A stretch of 63,553 nt of DNA, filler included. It is 5 parts of 5 records of this genome, joined end to end, with 100 filler letters (N's around TTAATTAATTAA, not from the genome) between each part and the next. Parts side by side here need not be neighbours in the genome. Positions count along the whole stretch, not along the records: positions 1 to 15,119 come from SRR2962707_3375; 4 more parts are not named here. The stretch is one strand, 5' to 3'. The number at the start of each line of letters is the position of its first letter. The first letter of the stretch is position 1. The notes under the pieces were generated by a model, which was given only the letters and a program-made list of their open reading frames with translations, was not told the origin of the DNA and searched no databases. Both the position numbers and the translations under genes were made by a program. Below, in pieces: positions 1 through 9,900 of this stretch.

Positions 1-108
1 ATGATCTAAACGAGCCGGCTGTAAAGCATGGGTTTTCGACTCATTCCGTGATTGTTGCCGGTTGTTCATTTTCAGGCCTTGAATTCCAAATGTTAATGAT
101 GTTTAAAT

Positions 109-127
109 GCAAATGATTGTCATTTAT
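109..127. promoter_or_regulatory. Putative Fur box upstream of the ECF sigma gene
   Basis: GCAAATGATTGTCATTTAT matches 12/19 of GATAATGATAATCATTATC and contains the near-palindrome AAATGAT-T-GTCATTT. It lies in an AT-rich patch directly before a siderophore cluster. Confidence 0.7.
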
Positions 128-150
128 CAATTACCCAGGGACGGCTTGCT

Positions 151-744
151 ATGAGTTCTTTCAGGCACGAATTGGATCAACAGGCTCGCAACCTGTCCGA
201 CCTAAGATCCGTTGACGTTACCGGAGCGCCCAATTGGGAGAGGCGCCTTGTAGCGGCCTACCAGCAGCATCGAAAACCGCTGGTGGACACCGCTCAATAT
301 CTCCTTGGGTGCAGGGCAAAGGCTGAGGATGTGGTACAGGATGCGTTCCTGAAAGTGTGGGACCAGGGATTCGCCGACAATGTCAGGGACGAAGGCCGTT
401 TTCTTCACCGGGTGGTGCGTAACCTCGCCATCGATCGTCTTCGCCGGTTGGCCCTGGAAAACCGCTTCGCAGCCTGCGATGTCGATGTGGAGGAGGAAGC
501 CGGTGTGCTTTCGGCTTCACCAGAACGGCAGTTGGCTGGAACCCGGGCACTGCACCATGCGCTGTCTTCCCTCGCAGAGCTGCCTGCTCGTGTACAGAAG
601 GTGTTAATGCTTACCCGGGTTGAAGGTCTGACCCAGAGGGAGGTGGCTCTCGCTATTGGGGTCTCTCCCACATTGATCAACTTCATGCTGAAGGATGCGC
701 TGGCTCATTGCCGTGGCAGCCTGGACCAATCCTATCCGTTTTAA
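151..744 (+). CDS. pvdS: Iron-starvation ECF sigma factor (PvdS/OrbS-like)
   Basis: Region 2 GCRAKAEDVVQDAFLK and region 4 GVSPTLINFMLKDALAHC closely resemble PvdS. Fur box upstream; siderophore gene context. Confidence 0.85.
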   Translation: MSSFRHELDQQARNLSDLRSVDVTGAPNWERRLVAAYQQHRKPLVDTAQYLLGCRAKAEDVVQDAFLKVWDQGFADNVRDEGRFLHRVVRNLAIDRLRRLALENRFAACDVDVEEEAGVLSASPERQLAGTRALHHALSSLAELPARVQKVLMLTRVEGLTQREVALAIGVSPTLINFMLKDALAHCRGSLDQSYPF

Positions 745-783
745 TCCAAGCCTTTCTCATTCGCGAATTGGGGACTGTTGTTC

Positions 784-2448
784 ATGAGACTGATCCGTCT
801 GGTATTTAGTCACAACCCGGGGGCGCTGACCGTTGCGCTTTTGCTGAGCGTTGTGAGTGCGCTTTTGAGTGTCGGGGTGGTGGCGTTTATTAACGAGCGC
901 CTGGTGTCTGCGACAGAAGGCGGGGCAGGTCTGCTTTGGCAGTTTACCGGCCTGCTGGTGGTACTGCTGATCATCGCCTCCTACGCCCAGATATTGTTGA
1001 CGGCGCTTGGTCATCGGTTTGTCTACGGATTGCGGCGGTCGATGGTCAAGCGGGTTCTTGATACCGGAATTGAGCGCCTGGAAGAGATTGGCGGGGCGAA
1101 TATCCTGGCCAGTCTGTCCAGCGATATCCGTAATATCACCCTGGCATTTGTCAATCTGCCTCAGCTGATATACGGCCTTGGCCTGAGTGTCGCAGCGTTC
1201 GCGTACCTGGCCTACCTGTCACTGCCGCTGTTTGTCATGACGTTGCTCTGGATGACGTTCACCATTGGTGTGGGGTGGGTGCTGATCAGGGCCCTGAGTC
1301 ACCATCTCCAGCAGCTTCGCGAATCTGAAGATCGCATTTATCAGGACTACGAGGCGGCTATTGAAGGGCGGAAAGAGCTGAGCCTCAACCGTGACCGTGC
1401 TCGCCGTTACTACGACGACGAGTTTGATCTGAGCGCAGAAACCTATCGCAGCCATGTCACGCTGGCGGACCGCTATCACAGCATCGCCAGCAACTGGGCC
1501 AACATCATGGTGCTCGGCACCATTGGCCTGGTGTTCTATCTGGTCAATGGCCTGGGGTGGGCAGCGGCCTCCGTGGCGCCTACCTATGCCCTGACCATTC
1601 TTTTCATGCGTACCCCTCTGGTTTCTGCCGTGGCGGCGTTGCCCGCGTTGCTGTCGGCTCGGGTCTCGCTCGACAAGCTCGATACCCTGGCGCTGGCGGA
1701 GTATCAGCCCGGCTTCCAGGATATGAGCCGTGATCCGACGGGTGAATGGCAGGAACTGCAGTTGCATGCGGTGCGGTATCGCTATCCGGCCCAGCATGGT
1801 GAGCAGGGGTTCGACGTGGGGCCGGTCACCCTGACGATCCGTCGTGGCGAAACCCTCTTCCTGGTCGGTGGTAATGGCAGCGGTAAGTCCACTCTGGCCC
1901 GTTTGCTGTCTGGTCTTTATCTGCCGCACCAGGGCGAGATCCAGATCGACGGCCAGCCCCTGCGACCGGAGGATTGGAGCAGCTATCGCCGCCTGTTTGG
2001 TTCCGTGTTTACCGACTTCTTTCTGTTTGACCAGCTCATCGCCCAGCAGGGTCAGAACGCAGACCCGGCGGACGTGAATTACTGGCTTGGACGCCTCCGC
2101 ATGGAGGACAAGGTGAAGGTGGCCGGCAGCCGTCTTCAGGATACCCGGCTTTCACAGGGGCAGCGAAAGCGGCTGGCGCTGTTGCTGGCTTTGCTGGAAA
2201 AGCGGGACATCCTGCTGCTGGATGAATGGGCCGCCGACCAGGACCCGGTTTTCCGCCGGTTGTTTTACCAGGAGCTGCTACCGGAGATGAAAGCGCAGGG
2301 CAAAACCATTTTCGCCATTACCCACGACGACCGTTATTTCCACCACGCGGACCGGCTGCTGAAGATGGACAGTGGCCGACTGGTCGAGTTGTCAGCCGAG
2401 GATCGCCAGCAGTCACGCCATGACGCCTTGCAGATGATCGGAGAGTGA
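784..2448 (+). CDS. pvdE: Cyclic peptide/siderophore ABC exporter (PvdE/YojI/SyrD family)
   Basis: N-terminal TM domain, Walker A GGNGSGKST, signature LSQGQRKR, Walker B LLLDEWAADQDP (family-typical), ITHDD. ATG at 784 follows a GGGGA RBS. Confidence 0.88.
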   Translation: MRLIRLVFSHNPGALTVALLLSVVSALLSVGVVAFINERLVSATEGGAGLLWQFTGLLVVLLIIASYAQILLTALGHRFVYGLRRSMVKRVLDTGIERLEEIGGANILASLSSDIRNITLAFVNLPQLIYGLGLSVAAFAYLAYLSLPLFVMTLLWMTFTIGVGWVLIRALSHHLQQLRESEDRIYQDYEAAIEGRKELSLNRDRARRYYDDEFDLSAETYRSHVTLADRYHSIASNWANIMVLGTIGLVFYLVNGLGWAAASVAPTYALTILFMRTPLVSAVAALPALLSARVSLDKLDTLALAEYQPGFQDMSRDPTGEWQELQLHAVRYRYPAQHGEQGFDVGPVTLTIRRGETLFLVGGNGSGKSTLARLLSGLYLPHQGEIQIDGQPLRPEDWSSYRRLFGSVFTDFFLFDQLIAQQGQNADPADVNYWLGRLRMEDKVKVAGSRLQDTRLSQGQRKRLALLLALLEKRDILLLDEWAADQDPVFRRLFYQELLPEMKAQGKTIFAITHDDRYFHHADRLLKMDSGRLVELSAEDRQQSRHDALQMIGE

Positions 2449-2465
2449 CTTTTTCCAGCCAGGCC

Positions 2466-2489
2466 TAAACATCCGGCGTTCCAGTTCGT
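2466..2489 (+). promoter_or_regulatory. PvdS-type iron-starvation promoter candidate
   Basis: TAAAC-N16-CGT versus the Pseudomonas IS-box TAAAT-N16-CGT: one mismatch, exact spacing, upstream of the pvdA-like gene. Confidence 0.55.
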
Positions 2490-2495
2490 CTGTAT

Positions 2496-2514
2496 GTAAA
2501 TGAGAATTATTTGC
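2496..2514. promoter_or_regulatory. Putative Fur box upstream of pvdA-like gene
   Basis: GTAAATGAGAATTATTTGC matches 13/19 of the Fur consensus. Confidence 0.7.
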
Positions 2515-2582
2515 TTTTTTGGCTGGGTATCGACAGGCCTTCAGGCAATGTTTTCGCAATCCATTATTACGGGAGAACGGTG

Positions 2583-3896
2583 ATGAGCCACATGCATGAT
2601 TTTCTTGGCGTCGGTTTTGGCCCGTCGAATCTGGCGCTGGCAATAGCGACACAGGAGTACGCTGAGGGCGGGTCTTCGCCCGATGCCTGTTTTCTGGAGC
2701 GCAAGCCAGAATTCAACTGGCATGAAGGTATGCTGATTGACGGCTCCACCATGCAGATTTCGTTTCTCAAGGATCTGGCCACCCTGCGGAACCCGCAAAG
2801 CCGCTTTACCTTCATCAACTACCTGAAGGAGCAGGGGCGGCTCGAAGATTTCATCAACATCCAGACGTTCTTCCCCGCGCGGGAGGAATACAACGATTAC
2901 CTGCAGTGGGCTGCCAGTCACTTTGACGATCAGGTGCACTACGGTCGCGAGGTAGAGGGTGTTGAGCCTTTCCTGAAAGACGGCCGGTTGATCGGGTTTG
3001 ACGTGCTCTCCCGAACCGCAGGGGGCGAGCTTGAAAGCCGCAGGGCCCGTAACCTGGTACTTGGTATGGGCGGTGCGCCTCAGGTTCCTGCTGCGTTTGA
3101 AGGAATAACCGACCCGCGCATCGTGCATTCGTCGCAGTATCGGGGGCGCATTGACACCCTGCTTTCCGACCAGGGTCGCAAGGCGCGGATTGCCGTGGTC
3201 GGGGGCGGCCAGAGTGCGGCGGAGATCTTCGAAGACCTTACCCAGCGATTCCCCCAGGTGGATGCGTCCATGATTCTGCGTGGAACCGCTCTGAAGCCCT
3301 CGGATGACAGCCCGTTCGTCAATGAAATCTTTAACCCGTCGTTTATCGACCAGATCTATCAGCAACCCGAGTCGCGACGCTTGCAACTGCTTGAAGAGTT
3401 CCGCAACACCAACTACGCGGTGGTCGACCTTGAGCTGATCGAGCGCATCTTCCAGATCTTCTATCTCCAGAAGCTGCGGGGAGAGGAGCGACACCAAATG
3501 TTGACCCGCCGGGATGTTGCCCGGGTTGACGTGGGTGACGGTGAGCTGCGCCTGACCCTGTACGACCTGGCTACCGACAGCCAGCAGGAACTGGGATTTG
3601 ATGCTGTCATCCTGGCCACCGGTTACCGCCGGAATCAGCACCACGAACTGCTGGCGGGGCTGGGTGGCCACCTGGAAAACCTCACGCCTGACCGTCAGTA
3701 CTGTCTCAACCTGCGGGACAGCGATGCCCGGATTTATCTCCAGGGCTGCTGCGAGACCACGCACGGCCTGAGCGACACGCTGTTGTCCGTACTCGCTGTT
3801 CGGTCACGGGAAGTGCTCGAGTCGATTCTCGAAGGTCGGGACCGCGGGCACTCCGCCGTTGCTGATCGCAAAGCCCACGCCGCCCCCATGGTGTGA
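2583..3896 (+). CDS. pvdA: L-ornithine N5-monooxygenase (PvdA/IucD/SidA family)
   Basis: FAD motif GVGFGPSNLALA, WHEGMLI...MQISFLKDL, NADPH motif VVGGGQSAAEI, DDSPFVNEIF, ILATGY, HGLSDTLLSVLA. Start moved to ATG 2583 after a GGAGA RBS. Confidence 0.93.
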   Translation: MSHMHDFLGVGFGPSNLALAIATQEYAEGGSSPDACFLERKPEFNWHEGMLIDGSTMQISFLKDLATLRNPQSRFTFINYLKEQGRLEDFINIQTFFPAREEYNDYLQWAASHFDDQVHYGREVEGVEPFLKDGRLIGFDVLSRTAGGELESRRARNLVLGMGGAPQVPAAFEGITDPRIVHSSQYRGRIDTLLSDQGRKARIAVVGGGQSAAEIFEDLTQRFPQVDASMILRGTALKPSDDSPFVNEIFNPSFIDQIYQQPESRRLQLLEEFRNTNYAVVDLELIERIFQIFYLQKLRGEERHQMLTRRDVARVDVGDGELRLTLYDLATDSQQELGFDAVILATGYRRNQHHELLAGLGGHLENLTPDRQYCLNLRDSDARIYLQGCCETTHGLSDTLLSVLAVRSREVLESILEGRDRGHSAVADRKAHAAPMV

Positions 3897-3909
3897 TGGC
3901 CTGAGGGAA

Positions 3910-3934
3910 ACCGCGGGGAGCAAGTCCTCGCGGT
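3910..3934 (+). other. Intergenic stem-loop without U-tract
   Basis: ACCGCGGGGA-GCAAG-TCCTCGCGGT: 10-bp stem with one G-U pair between pvdA and the NRPS. Confidence 0.45.
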
Positions 3935-3964
3935 AATGTGTTCTGAAATCATGCAGGTGACAAG

Positions 3965-6900
3965 ATGAGCCTACACGCGGAACGGTTTCCGAATTTCGCC
4001 GATGTCCTTCGTTTTTACGCAGAGCAGCAACCCCAATCACTTGCCATCCGGCAACTGGTCTCGGATGACGCGCCACCCCTGGTAACCAGCTACAGTGAGC
4101 TTTACCAGAAGGCACAGGCGCTAGCGGGATATCTACAGAACGAACTGGCGTTAGCACCGGGTGAACGGTGCTTGCTGATGCTGCCAGGAGGCGCGGATTT
4201 CGCGGCCGCTTTCTTCGGCTGTTTCTATGCCGGCATTATCGCCATACCCGCGTACCCACCTGAGCACGACCGTCAGGCCTATATTGATCGCCTCGGCGGT
4301 ATGATCGGGGACTCGAAACCGATGGCCGTCCTTGCCCTGGAGCAGGACATCCGGCGTTATCAGTCTCGATTGGCGCCGCTGTTGCCGGACGGTGGGCGAG
4401 TGGTGGCGGCGGACCGCATCGGGCTGCACTGGCAGAATGCGTTGCAGGTGGTGCCACCCCAAAGCCAGGATCTGGCGTTCCTGCAGTACACCTCAGGGTC
4501 GACCTCTGCACCCAAGGGGGTCATGGTGTCCCACGCCAACCTGATGGCCAACGAATACACCATGGCCAAAGCCTTTCAGGCCACTGATGACGATGTCTGG
4601 ATGACCTGGTTGCCGCTGTTTCACGACATGGGACTGATGTCGGGTTTGCTGTTGCCGATCCTGCATGGCCACTGCGCCAACATGATGACACCGCAGTTCT
4701 TCCTGGCCCGCCCGGCGCGCTGGTTGGAGGCTATCAGCCAGTACCGGGTGACATACTCCGGCGGCCCGGATTTCGCCTATATGCTCTGTGGCTGGCGGGT
4801 GACCGATGAACAACTGGAAGGCCTGGATCTGTCCAGTTGGCGCCTGGCCTTCACCGGGTCGGAACCCATTCGCCCGGAAACCCTGGAGCGCTTTGCCGAT
4901 CGTATGGCGCCCCATGGTTTTCGCAGTGATGTCTTTGCGCCCAGCTATGGTCTTGCAGAAGCCACCCTGTTCGTAACCACCCATGGGTTCAACGGCGATG
5001 TCCAGACCCGTACCTTTGAGCCGGAGCAGCTTTCCACGGCAGGCCTTAGCAGTGCCCATCAGCCCAGCAGGCTGGTGGGGTGTGGGGATGCATATGGGGA
5101 GGACACGTTTTGCATCGTTGATTCCCAGACGAGGGAGCCCGTCGAGGACGGTCGAGTGGGCGAAATCTGGATATCCGGCCCCAGTGTTGCTCAGGGCTAT
5201 TGGGAAAAACCCACGGCTACGGCGAAAACCTTTGTGCAGTGGCGGGATAGCCGATGGTTGCGCAGCGGCGACCTCGGCATCCTCGAGGACGGCCACCTAT
5301 ACGTGGCGGGGCGTCAGAAGGACGTCATCATCGTAAATGGCCAGAACCTGTATCCCCAGGATATCGAGAGCACCCTGGAGCGGGAGATAGAACTCCTGAT
5401 GCCCGGTCGGTTGGCCGCCTTTGCCACCACGGACGCCCGGCAGGCGGAAGGTATAGGGTTGGCCCTGGAAGTTGGTCGGACCACCCGAAGGATGGTCAAG
5501 CCGGCGATGATCTGCGCCATCATCGCGGAAACCATGAGCGATACCCTGGGCATTGCGCCCCAGGTGATTCTGCTGCTGGAGCCCAAAACCTTGCCGCGTA
5601 CCACCAGTGGCAAGCTGCAGCGCGCAGCCTGCCGCCAGGGATGGGAACGTGGTGAGCTGTCGGTGTTTGCCGGCTGGCAGGACGGTCGCATGCTGCAAGC
5701 GTCGGCGCCAGCTGTGGCATCGGCTGAACTGGAATCGACGGTGCTGCCGGAAGTCGTGTCGGCCTGGCAGGCGGTGTTGGACCGAGATGACCTGGACAGC
5801 AATGCCCACTTCTTTACCTGGGGGGGTGATTCGGTCGGGGCCATGCAGATGCTGTCCCGTGTGGAGCGTGATCTGGGACTGAGGATTGAGCCAGCGGTTC
5901 TTTTTGAGCATCCCCGCCTGGGCGATTTTTCTCGCTGGGTATCAACACAGCGGGCGGATCGCTCTCGACCCACTTTGATCAAGCGTCTTCCCGACGATGC
6001 GGAGCTCCCGCAGTCCTTCGCCCAGCAGCGGCTCTGGTTTCTGGACCAACTGGAAGGCGGCTCCAGCGCCTATCACTTGTGCGGCGAATGGCAGTTCATG
6101 GGCAGTCTTGATGAAGACGCGCTCCAGCGCAGTTTGGACGCCCTGGAGGAGCGTCATGAAAGCCTGCGCACGGCGTTTGCCGAAACGGATGAAAACCGTG
6201 GCCTGCAGCGGATACAGCCAGCGGCACCGGTAACTGTGCAAAGTCATGACCTCAGCGGGGAGGATTCTCCCGCAAGCGCGCTGGACAACCTCAGTCGAGC
6301 CCTGGTCAGCCAGCCCATGGATCTCGAGCAGGGTCCGTTATGGCAGGTGCACCGGGTACGCCTCGGGGACAGCGACCATCGCCTGTTGATGGTGATTCAT
6401 CACATTATCGCCGACGGCTGGTCGGCGCAGGTGCTGGTGAAGGAGTTCGCGCAGCTTTACACCGCCTTTGCACAGGGACATGACCCGGATCTGCCGGTCC
6501 TGCCCATCCGTTATGCCGACTACGCCCACTGGCACCGGGAGACCATGGAGGCTGGCGAAGCCGAACGCCAGTTGAGCTGGTGGGAGCAGCAGTTGGGCGA
6601 CGAGCACCCGGTGCTTGAACTTCCAACTGACCGGCCGCGCCCCGAGTCCCAGAGCCATCGTGGTGCCAGGGTGGCCTTTGCCTTCCCGGAACCGCTCAGT
6701 GAGAAGCTTCGGCAATTGGCCAGGGATCAGGGCGTTACGCTCTTTATGGTCATGTTGGCGCTCTATAAAACCCAGCTGTATCGCTATTCCGGCCAGCGGG
6801 ACCTGCGGATAGGTGTGCCTGTGTCCGGTCGGTCACGGCCGGAAACCGAAGGTCTCGTCGGTCTGTTTGTCAACACCCTGGTGTTGCGCAGCCAGCCCGT

Positions 6901-9900
6901 CGCGACGCAGGGCTTCACTGGTTTTCTGGCCTCGGTCCGCGACGCTACCCTCGGGGCGCAGGCTCATGCGGATCTGCCGTTCGAACAACTGGTGGACGCG
7001 CTGCAGCCGGAGCGTAACCTGCGCCACAACCCCCTGTGCCAGGTGAAGTTCACCCAGCAGTTCCCGTTGCCCGAGAATGTCGGGTTACCCGGGGCGACAC
7101 TCACCATGCGCCAGCGGGACGACGACAGCGCGCACTTCGATCTGGGCTTCGATATCACCGATCAGCCGGGGGGTATTGAGGGCACTGAGGGAATTGAAGG
7201 TATTAAGGGTGTGCTCACCTACGCGTGTGACCTGTTCGACGAGCCGCGTATTCGGGAGTTTGCCGAGGAACTGGTCAACCTGGCGGAGCAGGTCACCGCG
7301 AATCCCTCGCGGCCGCTGGGCGAGCTGGAGTTGCTGGCGACACCGTCGGCGCTGGAAGGACCGAAGGCGGACTTTCCCGTAGGGGACCTGGTGTCGCTCT
7401 GGAATGGACATATTCAGTCCACCATCGGGCAACAGGCTCTGCAATACGAGGACCAGTCTTTCGACTACGGCTGGCTGGAGGCGGAATCCAACCGGCTGGC
7501 ACAGCACCTGCAAAGGCAGGGCGTGGCAGCGGAGTCGTCGGTGGGGCTTTGCCTCGACCGTTCACCGGAATTCGTGGTTGGCGTTCTGGCGGTGCTCAAG
7601 GCGGGCGGGGCTTTTGTTCCCCTGGACCCGAAATGGCCCTCCGACCGCCAGGCATTTGTACTGAAGGATTGCGGTGCCGGGTGGCTGCTGGGTCATGAAG
7701 CCGTGCCCGGCTTCGAAGGCGCCTTGATAGGTTTCAACGCGGCGGCCGATTGGCGGAGCGAACCCGTTGAACCGTTGGGGACGCTGATTGAGCCGGCCCA
7801 GGCAGCCTATTTGATTTACACCTCCGGCACCAGTGGTACTCCCAAGGGCGTGGTGGTCAGCCACGGTGCCATTGCGAACTATGTACAGGGTGTTCTGGAG
7901 GTCATCGATCCCTCGCCGAAGGCCACCATGGCGATGGTATCCACCGTCGCGGCGGACCTGGGCCATACCACGCTGTTCGGGGCCCTATGCAGTGGTCGCA
8001 CGCTGCACCTGTTGAGTGCCGACCGGGTTATGGACGCGGACGCCTTTGCCAGCTACATGGCGGAGCATCAGGTCGACATCCTGAAGATCGTGCCCACCCA
8101 CCTTTCCGGATTACTGCAGGCTGCCGAGCCGGCCCGGGTGCTGCCCCGTGAGGCTTTGGTGCTGGGCGGTGAAGCGTTGCCATCAGCGTTGCTGAGCCAG
8201 GTTCGGGAACTGAACCCAGACTGCCGTGTGTTTAACCATTACGGGCCGTCCGAGTCCACCGTGGGCGTGCTGACCACGGAACCGGGCGACGAGCAGGATT
8301 CAACCGTTCCGTTGGGCACGCCACTGCCGAACATCCGCGCGCAGGTGCTGAGCGAAGAGCGTTTACCTTTGCCCCAGGGTGCCATCGGCGAGCTCTACCT
8401 GAGCGGCGCCGGCCTTGCGCGGGGATACCTTGGTCAGCCGGAACAGACGGCCGCCGCATTTGTGGATGATCCCCAGTCGTCGCGGGAAAGGCTTTATGCC
8501 ACCGGTGACCGGGTACGGCTGCTGGAAGATGGGCGGCTGAGCTTTCACGGCCGCAACGACGACCAGGTGAAGGTTCGCGGCTACCGGGTCTCACTGGGAG
8601 AGATTGCTCAGCGCATCCGCGCGTTCGACGGCGTCAGCGATGCCCATGTCCAGGTCGACGATAATGGCCTGATCGTGGCGTATCCGTTGGCGGTCGAACT
8701 GGACACTGAAGCCGTGCTTTCCGCGTTGGCGTTGCAAATGCCGGACTACATGGTACCGGCGCATATCCTGCCGCTGGCTGAATTTCCGCTGACCCCGAAC
8801 GGCAAGCTCGACCGCAAGGCGTTGCCGCAACCGGAGCGTCAGGGTGAGGATTTCGCGGCGCCGCTGGCGGGTGTGGAAACCATGCTTGCAGAACTCTGGC
8901 AGTCGCTGTTGCATGTCGAGAAAGTCGGCCGCCACGACAACTTCTTCAGCCTGGGCGGAGATTCCATCATCAGCCTCCAGGTGATCGCCCGAGCGCGAAA
9001 GCAGGGCGTGAAGCTCACCCCAAAGCAGTTGTTCGAGAAGCAGACCATTGCTGAACTGGCTCACGTGGCCGAAGTCCAGGAGGCCGCTGCCGCGCCGAAA
9101 CTGGCGGCCCGGGAGTCGGTTCCCCAGGCTTTCCCGCTGACCCCGATCCAGCAACGTTTTTTCAATCAGCCCGTTGATGATCGCAACCAATGGAACCAGG
9201 CGCTGCGCCTGGGTATCCGTTCACCGCTGGAGGCGGAGCCCCTGAGCAAGGCCCTGGCCGCGGTGGTCGATATCCATCCAGCCTTGCGGTTACGTTTTGA
9301 CGCAGACCAGCGCACGCAGACCTATAGCCGCGAGGAAAAGGCTGATCTGCTCTGGACCCTGGAAACCGACGATGAACAGACCCTACTGTCGACCTTCAAC
9401 GACGCGCAGCGCAGTCTCGACCTGTCGAGCGGACCGCTGCTGCGCTGTGTATTGGTCTCTCAGCCGGGCGAGCGTCAGGAATTACTGATCGCCGCCCATC
9501 ACCTGGCGGTGGACGGTGTTTCCTGGCGGGTGTTGCTTGAGGATCTGCAGCTTGCCTATGAGCAGGCCGCAGGCGGCAGGGCCATTGAGCTCGAAGGGGA
9601 CATTGACGGCCTGCATGACTGGGTGCATTACCTGCACCGGGATCTGGCCCATGGTCGCCTCGATGAGGAACTGGCGTATTGGCAGGCATTTTCTGCCGAA
9701 GACGCGGCACTGCCTTGCGACAACCCGGATGGCACAGCGCGGGTTGCCGACGGCGATCACTTGCGAATGACGCTCGATGAAGGGCAGACCCAGCGACTGC
9801 TCAACGACGCGCCGACGGCCTTCCGCACCCGGGTCAACGACCTGCTGCTGGCGGCATTGGCCCAGGCATTGGGACAGTGGTCCGGCCGCAGCCGCCATGT

